Below are positions 39,336-52,071 of a stretch of DNA of 64,000 bases, in pieces (positions within the stretch are counted from its first letter, which is position 1; every line of letters starts with the position of its first letter). Source of the DNA: Paraspadella gotoi (taxonomy: Eukaryota > Animalia > Chaetognatha); the NCBI GenBank assembly GCA_051294375.1, contig CM119271.1, positions 11,548,185 to 11,612,184 of the forward strand, written 5' to 3'. The notes beneath the pieces were generated by a model that saw nothing but the letters and a program-made list of their open reading frames with translations, was not told where the DNA came from and did not search any database. The position numbers and the translations under genes are program-made.

Positions 39336-39385
39336 ACGCAATGAATCATTCATCATAAAGAAAACAAACAAATGCGTGTATGAGT

Positions 39386-39417
<32 letters not shown>

Positions 39418-40643
39418 AAGAAAGAAAGAGAGAGAGAAAAAAAGAGAATAAATCCACAAAAATCACGGATGTAAATTTGGGATTTTGCATAGAGAAAAAA
39501 GCGCGGAATAAATGGCGATAATAAAAGTTTTTAAAAGGAAAAAAATAATAAAAATTTAAAAAAAAACGATCACGCAAGAGATCGTACAGAGAAAGAGACA
39601 CACAGAGAGAGAGAGACAGAGAGAGACAGAAAGAGAAAGACAGACAGAGACAGAGAGAGAAAGAGAGAGAAAGCTGGACAGCCGCTGGAAGGCAGCTGAT
39701 CAGTCACTGCAGAGCCTGAACTCGTTTTTAAAGGGTTCAGAAAAGGCAGCCACTGACAAAAATAGGGAAAAAAATCTAAATATAATTTAAAGAAATAAAA
39801 GAAAAGAAAAAAATGTTACAATTGTTTACAATTAGAAATTTTTACAATTTTTTCTAATCATGTAGCAGATTAACTTGTGAATTGTCTGAAATGAGATAAA
39901 AATAAAATAACACGCTCTGATTGGTCGAATATTTCCAGCGGTCTCATTGGTCGAATATTTCTCGAGTTCTTATTTGTCTAAAATTAGATTTTCCTCTTTT
40001 CCATTCGCTGATTCTTGATTTACTAAAATGTTTGTCGTCTAAAAACTTTAAAATATTTTTGATTATTTTCTATTTTATAGTATTGATATATGACTGATAG
40101 CATTTGAAGTTATCCCATGATTCAGAATCAAGCAACAATGCAACAATCCATGTGGAAATGACCTTAAATTTCATGACATCAGTAATAATAATATAAAAAT
40201 ACTTCGAGTTTTATTAAGGCAGGAAATTATTCTGAATAAACCAGTTGACTGGAAATATGTAAGAAAATCTTTTTACGTGGAAATATCTTAACGTCCGTCT
40301 TCTCTCTCTCTTTTTCTCTCTCTCTCTTTCTCTTCTATCTTCCATTTTCTTTCATCTCTCTCTCTCTTCTCCTCTTTCTCTCTCTCTCTCTCTCCTTCTA
40401 TCTCTCCTCCTCTCTCTTCTCAGGTCTCTCTAGTTCACTCTTCTTAAACCGTCTCTCTCTCTCTTCTCTCTCTCTCTCTCCTTCTCTTCTCTTTCTCTCT
40501 ATTTCACAGTTCAAAGTGACTCGCTCTCTGTTCTTTCTTTCGCTTTTTTCGCTTTCATGTTGTTGAATTTTCTTCAGTAAATTTTGTTTGAACTTCATTC
40601 CGACCCTTAACGGCCCAGCACAAGTTTCTCTCTCTCTCTCTCG

Positions 40644-40691
<48 letters not shown>

Positions 40692-41267
40692 CGATTTGCC
40701 CAGTCTTTTCTCGCTTTTTATTAATGTTTTTCTCCCCAAAATAAAAAAAATAAATAATAAACCAATTTTTCTCAAATCTCTGAAAAAAAATCGTTTTTTC
40801 TTTGAGAAAAAAAACGAGAAACTTGAATCAAATTCGTTCAAAACTAAATTCTTTCAAATCTAAAATCACAAATCCCAAATCTGAAATAGAAAATCCTAAA
40901 TCTTAAATCTTAAACTGGGAAGATGGATAACAAATTAAGAAATAATCATTTTTGCTTCTTTGTTCAATTTTCTTTCTTTTTTTAGTTTTTATTTCTTGTC
41001 TTTCGCTAATTTTCTCTCTTGTGCGACGACAACGACGACGACAACAACGACGACAACAAAAAAACGACAACGACGATAACAACAACAACGACGACAACTA
41101 GGACGACAACAACGACAACGACGAAAATGACGACAACAACAACGACGACAACAACAACAACGACGACAACTAGGACGAAAACAACGACAACGACGAAAAT
41201 GACGACAACAACGACGACGACAACAACAACAGCGACGACGATTTCCTCCCAAATAAAATGATTCCAG

Positions 41268-41288
41268 AAGAACCTGAGCTCAATTCTA

Positions 41289-41348
<60 letters not shown>

Positions 41349-41387
41349 AGGAGAGGGATTTCTAAGAAATGGATGAGTGATCTGAAG
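41268..41387 (+). CDS. Orphan candidate exon with (GGC)20 (KNLSSIL-G20-RRGISKKWMSDLK)
   Basis: ttccag acceptor, strong aag|gtaagg donor, 120 nt open phase 0-0. Noisy copies at about 32300-32416 and 43720-43812. No homology recognised. Confidence 0.3.
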
Positions 41388-42592
41388 GTAAGGATATAAT
41401 AGAAGAGTGAGAGAGAAAGAGAGATAGAGAGCGAGATAACGATTTATCTCAAAGATGGATTTCCTGAATAGTCGCAGCGGTAACGAAAGAATGAATAAAT
41501 TGATAATTCAATGAATGAATGAATGAATAAATGAATGAATGAATGAATGAATGAATGAATGAATGAATGAATGAATGAATGAATGGATAATTGAGAAAGA
41601 AGAAGAGGAGGAGGAGGAGGAAGACGAGGAGGAAGAAGAGAAGGAAGAGGAGGAGGAAGAGGAGGAAGAGGAGGAAGAGGAGCTGAAAGATTACGAGAAA
41701 ATAAAAAAAAAATTGTTTCACTCAGAGATTAAAATTTCAATAATAAGATTTATTCCGCTCTATCTCTCTTTCTCTCTCTCTCTCTCTCNNNNNNNNNNNN
41801 NNNNNNNNNNNNNNNNNNNNNNNNNNNNNNNNNNNNNNNNNNNNNNNNNNNNNNNNNNNNNNNNNNNNNNNNNNNNNNNNNNNNNNNNNNNNNNNNNNNN
41901 NNNNNNNNNNNNNNNNNNNNNNNNNNNNNNNNNNNNNNNNNNNNNNNNNNNNNNNNNNNNNNNNNNNNNNNNNNNNNNNNNNNNNNNNNNNNNNNNNNNN
42001 NNNNNNNNNNNNNNNNNNNNNNNNNNNNNNNNNNNNNNNNNNNNNNNNNNNNNNNNNNNNNNNNNNNNNNNNNNNNNNNNNNNNNNNNNNNNNNNNNNNN
42101 NNNNNNNNNNNNNNNNNNNNNNNNNNNNNNNNNNNNNNNNNNNNNNNNNNNNNNNNNNNNNNNNNNNNNNNNNNNNNNNNNNNNNNNNNNNNNNNNNNNN
42201 NNNNNNNNNNNNNNNNNNNNNNNNNNNNNNNNNNNNNNNNNNNNNNNNNNNNNNNNNNNNNNNNNNNNNNNNNNNNNNNNNNNNNNNNNNNNNNNNNNNN
42301 NNNNNNNNNNNNNNNNNNNNNNNNNNNNNNNNNNNNNNNNNNNNNNNNNNNNNNNNNNNNNNNNNNNNNNNNNNNNNNNNNNNNNNNNNNNNNNNNNNNN
42401 NNNNNNNNNNNNNNNNNNNNNNNNNNNNNNNNNNNNNNNNNNNNNNNNNNNNNNNNNNNNNNNNNNNNNNNNNNNNTTCTTTTTTATTCTCTCTCTCTTT
42501 TTTTTTTTTCTCTCTCTCTCTTTTCTCTTCATCCTCTCTCTTTCTTTTTCTCTCTCTCTTATTTCTCATCTCTCTCTCTTCTTTCTTTCTCT

Positions 42593-42627
<35 letters not shown>

Positions 42628-43111
42628 AAAAAAGAAAATTTTAAATTTTAAAAAATTTGAATAAAAGATTTCGTTATTAATGAGAGCGAGACACTAAAAA
42701 GTTCACAGACCGAAAACTTGATTTTCTTTTCTGCTCTTAAATTCTAAATCACAAAGAAAGAGGCGTGGTTGATGTGAAAGAGTGAGAGCGAGTGAAAAGT
42801 GATCGGTTAAGAAACCATTTTAAAAAAGCTTCAGTGATAAACTTTTATCACAAGAGCTAATGATAAAAAATAATGAGAAAGAAAAATCCGAATTCAAAAC
42901 TTCAAACAATCGATTTATCAAGTAAACAGCAACTCATGTAAAAGCCAAAGGAAAAACAGAGAGTCAGAGAGAGAGAGAGAGACAGAGAGAGAGAGAGAGT
43001 TTTGACACGTTTCCAAAGAGGAAAAGAAAAAGGAAAAAAAGACAAATAAAAACAGGAAAGAATAGAAGAACAAAAATAAATTTAAGAGATAAATGAATAA
43101 ATGAAATAAAT

Positions 43112-43147
<36 letters not shown>

Positions 43148-43156
43148 CAAGAAAGC

Positions 43157-43192
<36 letters not shown>

Positions 43193-43384
43193 ACGAAAAA
43201 AAGAAATAAAAAAGCTTGAAAGAAAGAATGAAAGATNNNNNNNNNNAAAGAAAGAAAGAAAGAAAGAAAGATATCACATCTCCTTCCACATTTGTTAACG
43301 ACTCAGAATCTCACCTTTTTTTCTTCCACCCAAAGGAAAATCAGAGTTTTACTGCTTTTGAGGCAAAGACGACGACGACCATAA

Positions 43385-43429
<45 letters not shown>

Positions 43430-44779
43430 AAACGTCGTGATTGAATGGAATGAGTCTCGTCTTGTGAAACTCAGTTGACATTTAAGGATCGTGAATGTGA
43501 AGGGAGAAAGAGAAGACAATGACGACGATGATGATGACGACGACGACGACGCGACAAGACACACAACACGACGACGAAAATGATCGACCAACTAACACGA
43601 CGGGCAAACAACAACTAGGACGAAAACAACGGACAACGACGAAATGTACTGCTACAACAAACGACGACGACGACAACAACAACAGCGACCGACCGATTTT
43701 CCTCCCAAATAAATGATTCCAGAAGAACCTGAGCTCGATTCTAGGCAGGCGCGGCCGGCGCGTGCGGCGGCTGGCGCAGGAAGGGATTTCTAAGAAATGT
43801 ATGGGATTGAAGGTAAGGAATATAGAAGAGTAGAGAGCAAAAGAAGATAGAGAGCGAGGGTAACCGATTTATTTTCAAAGATTGGGATTTCCCTGAATAA
43901 GTTCGAAGCCGGTTTGTTTTTTTGACGAAAGAAATGCATAATTGATAATTCATATGAATCAAATGAAATGAAAATTGAATGGACATGAATGAATGAATGA
44001 TATGAATGAATGAATGAATGAACTGAATGAATGGATAATTGAGAAAGAAGAGGGAGGAGGAGGAGGGAAGACCGAGGAGGAAGAGAAGAAGAGAGAGGAA
44101 GAGGAGGAGGAAGAGGAGGAAGAGGAGTGCTGAAGATTACTGAGGGGTAAAATAAAAAAAAAAAAAATTGTGTTTCTGCACTCAGAGATGATTAAAATGT
44201 CAAATAATAATAGATTTATTTCCGCGCTCATTTCTCTCTTTCTCTCTCTCTCTCTCCTCTCCTTTTTTTCCTTCTCTCTCTCTTGATGACTCTCTTTTTC
44301 CTCTCTTTTTCACTTCTCTCTATTTTATTTCTCTCTCTCTCTTTCTCTCTTTCTCTCTCTCGTCGTCTTTCTCTTTCTCCCTCTTGAGCTTTTCTTCTCC
44401 CTCTTCTCTCTCTTACTTCTCTTTCTCCTCTCTTTCTTCTCTCTTTCTCCTCTCTCTTCTTACTTCTCTTTCCTCTCTCTCCCACTCATACATTTCTTCA
44501 TGTTGCTTCAAATATTTATCCAAACGTCCAATAGACTCAGTAGCTCCACGCTTCTTCCTTTCTTCTGCTCCTTTCTTTTTCTTTGCTCCTTCATCTAATG
44601 TTTTTCGGTCCTCGGACTTGTGCTTCCCGTCTTCCGACTTCTGAGCCATTTGGAGGTTTGGGTCGTCGTCTTCGTTTGTCATCAGTCGTTTCGCGTCGCA
44701 GTCATCACATCATCATCGTCGTTCGTCGGTCTCGTCGTCGCGCCGTCCTGTCGNNNNNNNNNNNNNNNNNNNNNNNNNG

Positions 44780-46020
44780 TACGTTTCGTCGTCCAGTAGT
44801 CATGCTACATCATCATCGTCGTTCGTCGGTCGTCGTCGTCGTCGTCGTCTGTCGTCGTCAGGTGTGTTCATCATCCGTCCGTCATTGTTCTCTTCCTCCT
44901 TCCATTCACCAAGATCCTTAAATTGTCAACACTGAGTTTCACAAGACGAAAGCTCATCTCATTCAATGCACGAACGTTTTCGTCGTCGGTCGTCGTGTCG
45001 TCGTCTGTCGCGTCGTCGTCATTACGGTCGTCGTCTCTTTGCCTCAAAAGCAGTAAAAACTGATTTTCGCTTTGGGTGGAACAGAAAAAAAGGTGCGAAT
45101 TCTGATCGTTAACAAATGAGGAGGAGATGTGATACTCTTCTTTCTTTCTTTCTTCGTATTATCTTTCTTGTTCTTTTCTTTCTTTCTTTTAGCTTTCTTT
45201 CTTTCTATTCTTTTCCATCTTCTTTCTATCTTTCCTTCTTTCTGTTTCTTTCCCCTTTTTCTCTCTATCTTTCTATCTTGTTTCTTCTTTCTTTCTTTAT
45301 TTCTTGTTCTTTTCTTCTTTCTTACTTTCTTACTTTCTTTCATTTTTTATTTTTCTCTCTATCTTTCTATCTTTCATTCTTTCTTTCAAAGCTTTTTTGA
45401 TTTCTTTTTTTCGTTCTATCTTCTTTGTTTTTATTTATATATTTCTTCGTTTCTTCTTTCTTTCTTCTTCTTTCTTCTTCTTTCTTTTCTTTCTTTTCTT
45501 TTCTTCTTTTTTCACCTCTTCATAATTCATTTTATCTATCTAATTTTATTTTTGTTCTTCTATTCTTTCCTGTTTTTATTTGTTCTTTCTTTTTTTCCCT
45601 TTTCTTGTTCCCTCTTTGGAAACGTGTCCAAAACTCTCTCTCTCTTCTCTTCTCTCTCTCAGCTCTCTCTGACTCTCTGTTTTCCTTTGGCTTTTACATG
45701 AGTTGCTGCTTTACTTGATAAAGTCGATTGTTTGAGTTTTTTAATTCTGGGATTGTTTTTCTTTCTCATTATTTTTTATCATTAGCTCTTGTATAAGAAT
45801 TTATCACTGAAGCTTTTTAAAAATGGTTTCTTAACCGATCACTTTTCACATCGCCTCACTCTTTCACATCAACCCATCGCCTCTTTCTTTGGTGATTTAA
45901 GAATTTAAGAGCAGAAAAGAAATCAAGTTTTCGGCTCTGTGAACTTTTTAAGTGTCTCGCTCTCATTAATACGAAATCCTTTTATTCAAATTTTTTAAAA
46001 TTTAAAATTTCTTTTTTTCT
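44780..46020 (-). repeat. Inverted duplicate of about 42620-43555 (46240-46660 is likewise an inverted copy of 44230-44700)
   Basis: gtgtctcgctctcattaat (45952) vs 42676; ggaaacgtgtc (45618) vs 43004; ccattagatgaaggagcaaag (46331) vs 44581. Confidence 0.92.
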
Positions 46021-47034
46021 TCTTCGTCCATCTCATCTCTCTCGTCGTCATCCGGCTCACAGACTCAATTTCGGCCATACCTCTCGTCTCTCTCCGCATC
46101 TCATCGTCATCTCCTCTCTCAATCCTCTCTCTCTCATCTCTCTCTCGCTCTCGTCATCGTCTGCTTGTCGCGTTCATTTTTGTATGTTGGTCCTTTCGTC
46201 TCTCTCCGGCTCGGTCAGTCTCTCAATCGCTCTCGTCTGCTCTCGTCCGACGATGACAACGAAGACGACGACCCAAACTCAAAATGGCTCACGAAGTCGG
46301 AAGCGGGAGCAAAGTCCGAGGACCGAAAAACCATTAGATGAAGGAGCAAAGAAAAAGGAGCAGAAGGAAAGAAGAAGGTGGAGCTACTGGAGCTATTGGA
46401 ACTTTGGATAAATATTTGGAAGAACATGAACATGAAATGTATTGAATGGGAGAGAGGAGAAAGAGAAGTAAGAAGAGAGAGGAGAAAGAGAAGAAAAGAG
46501 AGGAGAAAGAGAAGTAAGAGGAGAGAGGAGAAAGAAAAGTAAGAGGAGAGAGTAGAAAGAGAAGTAAGAGGAGAGAGAAGAAAGAGAAGTAAGAGGAGAG
46601 AGGAGAGAGAATAAAATAGAGAGAAGTGAAGAAAGAGAGTTAAAAAGAGAGGTCATCATAGATAAGTGATTAAAGAGAGGTAAAGAAAGAGAAGTAAAGA
46701 AAGAGAAGTAACAGAAAATCCTGACTTCGGACGAAACTCGTGGGCGTCAATTTCCTTTTCCCTTTGGATTTCTAGGAAATCACGAATGGCACCGAGTGGC
46801 ACAAAATGGCACCGAGTGGCATCGAGAGCCACCCAGTCGCTCTGTGTTATATCGAGAGACCATGAGTGGCACTAAATGTTATCATGTGGCGCCGGATGGC
46901 ATCGATTCCGGGAGACAATTAGTGGCATAGCGTGAATGGAATTGCATTGCATTTCCAAAAAAGGAGCATAAAATGACGTGAGGAGTCATTTAGTGGCTTG
47001 AATCCACATTGCGCACAATCGGGAGGCAATGAAT

Positions 47035-47205
47035 GGCGCCGAGTGGCAATAAGTTCTACTGGAGTGGCAATGAGTGGCACCAAAATAGCAATGATTGGCA
47101 CCAGAGTAGAAATGAGTGGCACCGAAGTGGCAATGAATGGCACCGAAGTGGCAATGAGTGGCTAAGAAGTGGCAATGTGTGGCATTCAAGTGGCAATAAC
47201 TAGCA
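47035..47205 (+). repeat. 21 bp minisatellite (gtggcaatgaatggcaccgaa)
   Basis: About 8 degenerate tandem units; related units occur at 46785-46900. Confidence 0.75.
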
Positions 47206-47833
47206 CCAATGGACGTCAAGCGGAATAAAGCGACGACGAACGACGTACGGAAAATATTGGTCAGACTCGTTAATGAATACTGAGTTACGAGCGCTCGCTG
47301 ACTCGCTGACTCGCCGACTCGCAGTCTCGCGGAGACGTCGACTGACCGACTGGCCAACTCACGGACCAATCGCAGTGATTCACCGAAAAGGTCATTCAAT
47401 TACGTTGTTGTCGTTTACGACAACCAAATGGCAGAGGACGACGACGACGACGACGATGAAGACGATGACGACGACGACGAAAAAAGACGACGACAACAAC
47501 AATAACTCGTGAGGTTGAGGTTCAATCACGAAAAATTTTCAGTGAAAGTTAATCTGATTTCCACTGAATGTTTCAGTCTTCATTTCTGAATCTGATTTAC
47601 ACTGAATGTTTCAGTCTTCAGTTTTCCATTCACGAAACTTCGCCGAGTCATTAGCTGATGCATTCACTCTCTCTCTCTTTCTATCTCTCTTCTTTCACTG
47701 ATCACGAATTCACAAAAAACCCAATGTTCACAGGAGTCTTTTTCTCATTTTCTCTCTCACAGTTTCGTGTGGCGCCGAGTTAATGGAAAATCGGACCCTT
47801 GATAATCAGGAACGGAATTCATAAACTGGGCCG

Positions 47834-47873
<40 letters not shown>

Positions 47874-48360
47874 ACTCTCTCTCTTTCTCATTATCCAGTT
47901 TGTTAATGAGCTTCTTTGGAAAATGTTAGTAATTATATTTCATTGACTTAGTTGACTTTTTATTTTTGTTAAATTAGGTATGTTTTCTCTACCTAATTGT
48001 TAAACTAATGAATACGGTTAGTTTGAAGGTAAATTTCTAATCGATGTAAGACATGACTTAATAGGACGCTTTACGGTCGATCCGTCCATCTTTCTTATGA
48101 TATTATATTCTCGCTTTAAAAAATGTTCGGAAAAATTAATGGAACATAGGAATAACAGTAAAATACGTAAGATTACTTAGAATATTATACAATAAAAAAA
48201 TTCAAAGTTATATTTTACTAAATATTCAACTGATAAACTTTTTTGTTTTTTAATCCAAATCTTTTGACAAAAAAATAATTCGTTTTTATTTTGACCTAAC
48301 ACCTGAAAAAAATCGACTTTTCTTTTTCGTTTTGTGAGATTTGATTTCCAGAATCAATAA

Positions 48361-48396
<36 letters not shown>

Positions 48397-48486
48397 NNNN
48401 NNNNNNNNNNNNNNNNNNNNNNNNNNNNNNNNNNNNNNNNNNNNNNNNNNNNNNNNNNNNNNNNNNNNNNNNNNNNNNNNNNNNNN

Positions 48487-48523
<37 letters not shown>

Positions 48524-48527
48524 ACTG

Positions 48528-48684
48528 CCAATCAACCAATTCTAGACCACCTCATAATCCCACCTGCCCAAAAAACCCACTTTGGTTTTGATGAAGCATA
48601 AAAAACCCAAATTGGATAATAAAGTTAAGATTCCATCGAAAGCGCCTCTAGCGGCGGAATAGATTTGGCGGGAAATATTTTAAA
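48528..48684. promoter_or_regulatory. Motif cluster: CCAAT boxes, CTCF-like site, E2F site and CHR-like TTTAAA
   Basis: gccaatcaaccaat at 48528; attgg at 48611; agcgcctctagcgg at 48641 (CCGCTAGAGGCGCT on the minus strand); tttggcgggaaa at 48664; tttaaa at 48679. Confidence 0.45.
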
Positions 48685-48708
48685 TCTCTTAGGAGAGAGA
48701 GAGAGGGA

Positions 48709-48743
<35 letters not shown>

Positions 48744-48842
48744 CAAACCTGCCCTGAGGGAAAGACAATGAAAAAAGTCAAGGAGAAAATTCGCTTTTTA
48801 TACCAAAAACCATAAAATGTGGAAAGAATTTTCGGTATGGAA

Positions 48843-49024
48843 TGCAGTGCCGCTTGCAGTGCCGCTTGCAGTGCAGCTTGCAATGCCGCTTGCAGTGGCG
48901 CTTTCAGTGCCGATGGCAGTGCTGGTGACAACCCCGTTCCGCTGTCCGCACCGCAGTTCGCACCGCAGTTCGCACCGCAGTCGCAGCCGATGCAGTCGCT
49001 GCAGTCGCAGATGCAGCCGATGCA
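48843..49024 (+). repeat. 12 bp and 9 bp GC-rich tandem repeats (tgcagtgccgct, cgcaccgcagtt, tgcagtcgc)
   Basis: Units are multiples of 3, giving open frames on both strands. Confidence 0.75.
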
Positions 49025-49634
49025 CTTACCAAATGTTTTTTTCCAAACAAATTCTTTTATCCAGTTTTCCCATTTATTAATCTTCACTAAATAACTTGCC
49101 AACGTCTTTACTTACCAATGTCTTTACTTTCTTCTACTTTCTACTTCTTTCCCACCCAAAAACCTATAGTCAAGCAATTCGCCAAGTTTACTCAACCCAT
49201 ACTATTTCAGTTATGATCCGATGCCACCAGCTAATGACCAATTAGGTACCGGGATCGATCCACGATGGTACCTACTCAGGATTCCGAAAAGCGCACTGGA
49301 CTTATCGCCATATTCATACATACTTAATTATTATTATTAATTATTATTATTAATTACTTATACAGATTCATATTAACCCTTAAAAATGATATCTCATCTC
49401 ACCATCTTAGTTCTTTGCTTTTTCCCTTCAACTTAATCCCTCCAATTCTGCCTGAACTTACCTTACCTTACCTTACACCTAAAATTACCTTACCCCTAAA
49501 CTTACCTTACCTTACCTTACCCCCTCAACTCGTCATAACCACTTTGCCATTTTGTCTGAGGCGAAAGGACGTGGCCGAGAAAACCCGAGTTCGAGACCAG
49601 GTCGCGTCGGCTGACTAAAACCAAAACCCTGGCG

Positions 49635-49750
49635 ATGCCAAAACCGTGACAAATGCCAAAACCGTGACAAATATTAACACCGTGACAAATGCCAAAAAAG
49701 TGACGAATACCAAAACCGTGTCAAACGTCAAAGCTGTGACAAATTTGTGA
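49635..49750 (+). repeat. 18 bp minisatellite (caaaaccgtgacaaatgc)
   Basis: About 6 tandem units. Confidence 0.8.
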
Positions 49751-50092
49751 CGGGGAATCAAGTGGCGACTGGCGAATGGCGAATGGCAATCGATAGTCGA
49801 TGACTGGCAAAGACTCGAGACTCCCTCTCGAGTGACGAATGGCAAGAACCCCATTGACGGATGGCAACGACCCATTTGACGGATGGCAAAACTGCGGGCG
49901 GCGAAAGGAAATGATCTAAATATGGCGGCGATGACGACGTCGACGTTGATTTATTCAAATAAATGGATTAGAAAGAGAATAAAAGAGAAAACGAGAAAAG
50001 AAAAGAATAAATAAAACGAATTTAATCCATTTTTATTCTTTTTTATTTTTTATTTCGACGAAAGCGAAAAGATGAGATCTCAAAGTTCGAGG

Positions 50093-50129
<37 letters not shown>

Positions 50130-51232
50130 TGAATGAAATGAAATATTTAAAGAAAAAGTCATAAAAGAGGAAAATGCGATTCAAAGAAAGAGAACATTCA
50201 TTATGCATGAAATTCACAAGTGAATAAAGCGATGAACGACCTCATGAATTCATTCATAGTCAGTCATGGACATTCATCTTCATTCATCGACATTCATCGT
50301 CATTCATCGACATTCATCGTCATTCATCGTCATTCATCGTTATTCATCGACATTTATTGTCATTCATCGTCATTCACCCTCATTCATCTTTATTCAGCGT
50401 CTTCTTTCGTATTCATTTCAACGAATTGACCTTTGAAAGCCAAGCATTACTTCGTTTAGTAAATAAAAGTGTTTGTGCTTGTTGAATGATTGCTTAATCC
50501 CTTTTTCTCTCTCTCTCTCTCTTTCCCTTCCTCTCTTTCTCTATCTTATTCTCCCACTTTCTCTCTCCCCCTCTCTCTCTGCCTCTCCCACTTTCCCCCC
50601 GTATCTCTCCCACTCTCTCCTCTCCCTCTCTCTCCTCTCCTTCTCTATCTCTCCCTCTCTCTCTCTCTCTCTCAAGATGCCTTCTTTGACGTGAAAGGAT
50701 TTTCTCGGTTTGACGCATAAGACGAAGGATCTCCGACGCGATTGCCTTCGTCCTCGTCGTCGTCGTCGTCGTCTTCGTCCTCGTCGTCGTTGTCGTCGTC
50801 GTCGTCCTCATCGTCGTCGTCGTCGTCGTTATCTTTTTTCTTCTTTGAGACGAAATCAACAAAAACAACTCAAGAAAAGTTTTGGTTTTGATGGAGAAAA
50901 GGTGGAGTCATTGGGTGATGTAGTGATTGAGTGATGTAGTCATTAAATGAATGAAAGATAGATGAGTGATGAAATAATTGAGTTATTTAGTCTTTAAGTT
51001 AATAAAATATGTAGTCTTTAGTTGATTATGCGACTCATTTATCGTATGATGGGTAGATGTCTAGGAAAAGCGAAGTTGATTGGTAGTGATAGTTTGCTGG
51101 TGTGATTAAGTGATGTGGTAACTCATCGATGTGTTTTAGACGAGAAAATCATCACGTGACGACGCGATTACGAAACATTAAGTAAGAAGTGTGTCTGAGA
51201 ATTACAAAAGTACAAAACCGAATTAATCAAAA

Positions 51233-51647
51233 CCAGAAAGAGCCGAGAGGCCTTCGCCACTTCCTCCCGGAGATCTAGAGTCGCGTCCAGAATTTCGGAT
51301 TTTCATTCACGCTTTTTCTCTTTTTCCCTCTCACCAGACCTCCCACGTTTCAGATATATTTTGGCCTTTTTCTCACTGACTTAGTCACTTACCAAGATAT
51401 ATTCAGCTTTTTCTCCACCTTACCTCGTTTTACTTACCCGTCAATTCGAGTCAGATCAACTCGGCCTTCGAGAAAAGGACTGAGTGTTACGCGAGTTAAT
51501 CGCTCAAAAGGGACAGACCGACGGACAGAAGGACCAACTGACTGACCGACCGACGGACAGAAGGACCAACTGACTGACCGACCGACGGACAGAAGGACCA
51601 ACTGACTGACCGACCGACACCAAAGTGTAGTTATCTATCAAATAAGA
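51233..51647 (-). mobile_element. Possible non-autonomous Helitron-like element with an internal 32 bp x3 repeat
   Basis: Minus strand starts TC and ends in a GC hairpin (gcc-tctc-ggc) followed by CTGG|T. Internal GACC/GACG-rich repeat cgacggacagaaggaccaactgactgaccgac x3 at 51519-51614. Confidence 0.35.
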
Positions 51648-51789
51648 ATTTATACTGAAACGTAGCTTTTCAGAAAGGCTCGTTCTGGAAAGTATTTGAT
51701 TCTAATTTAAACTAATTTACATTCAATCTTTACCAATTTATTATTATCAGTTTATTTTCATAAATTTATCGACGTTTAATCATAATTTG

Positions 51790-52071
51790 TAGTCGGGAAT
51801 CGCATAAGTTCACCCCGCCTATAAGCATGACACTTTTAGTAATGAGCCAGCGGGTCACGACTGTCATGCTATATGGCCGATTTGGGGGCCGATTTGGGGG
51901 CCTGGAAAACCCTCAAGCCTGGTTCCAAGCCCAGGACCCGTTCCATGGCAGCTAGAGGAGGTTAAAGAAGTTGCCCACTTAGCGCCATATCAACAAATTC
52001 ATACTTTCATAGTAAACGGATCCACTTTACTTTTCTCTCTCTCGCATAGTCGCTTTATGCGGTTTCCACTG
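51790..52071. mobile_element. Degenerate Tc1/pogo-like MITE
   Basis: Imperfect terminal inverted repeats tagtcgggaatcgcataa / ttatgcggtttccactg (the right end reads CAGTGGAAACCGCATAA on the minus strand); internal stem agcatgaca/tgtcatgct. Confidence 0.4.

Larger units (their letters stand above)
37758..42592 (+). repeat. Direct duplicate of about 25855-33012, lacking the LINE
   Basis: Collinear identity of unique stretches, e.g. gccgccatcgctgacttgg (25928/37811), the 29 bp minisatellite, and gattccagaagaacctgagc (32300/41260). Confidence 0.95.

Noticed and set aside
39670-39760. Exon-like island (plus: KLDSRWKAADQSLQSLNSFLKG; minus: AFSEPFKNEFRLCSD)
   Set aside because: There is no consistent acceptor-donor pair on either strand, and the copy at 27800 differs by indels.
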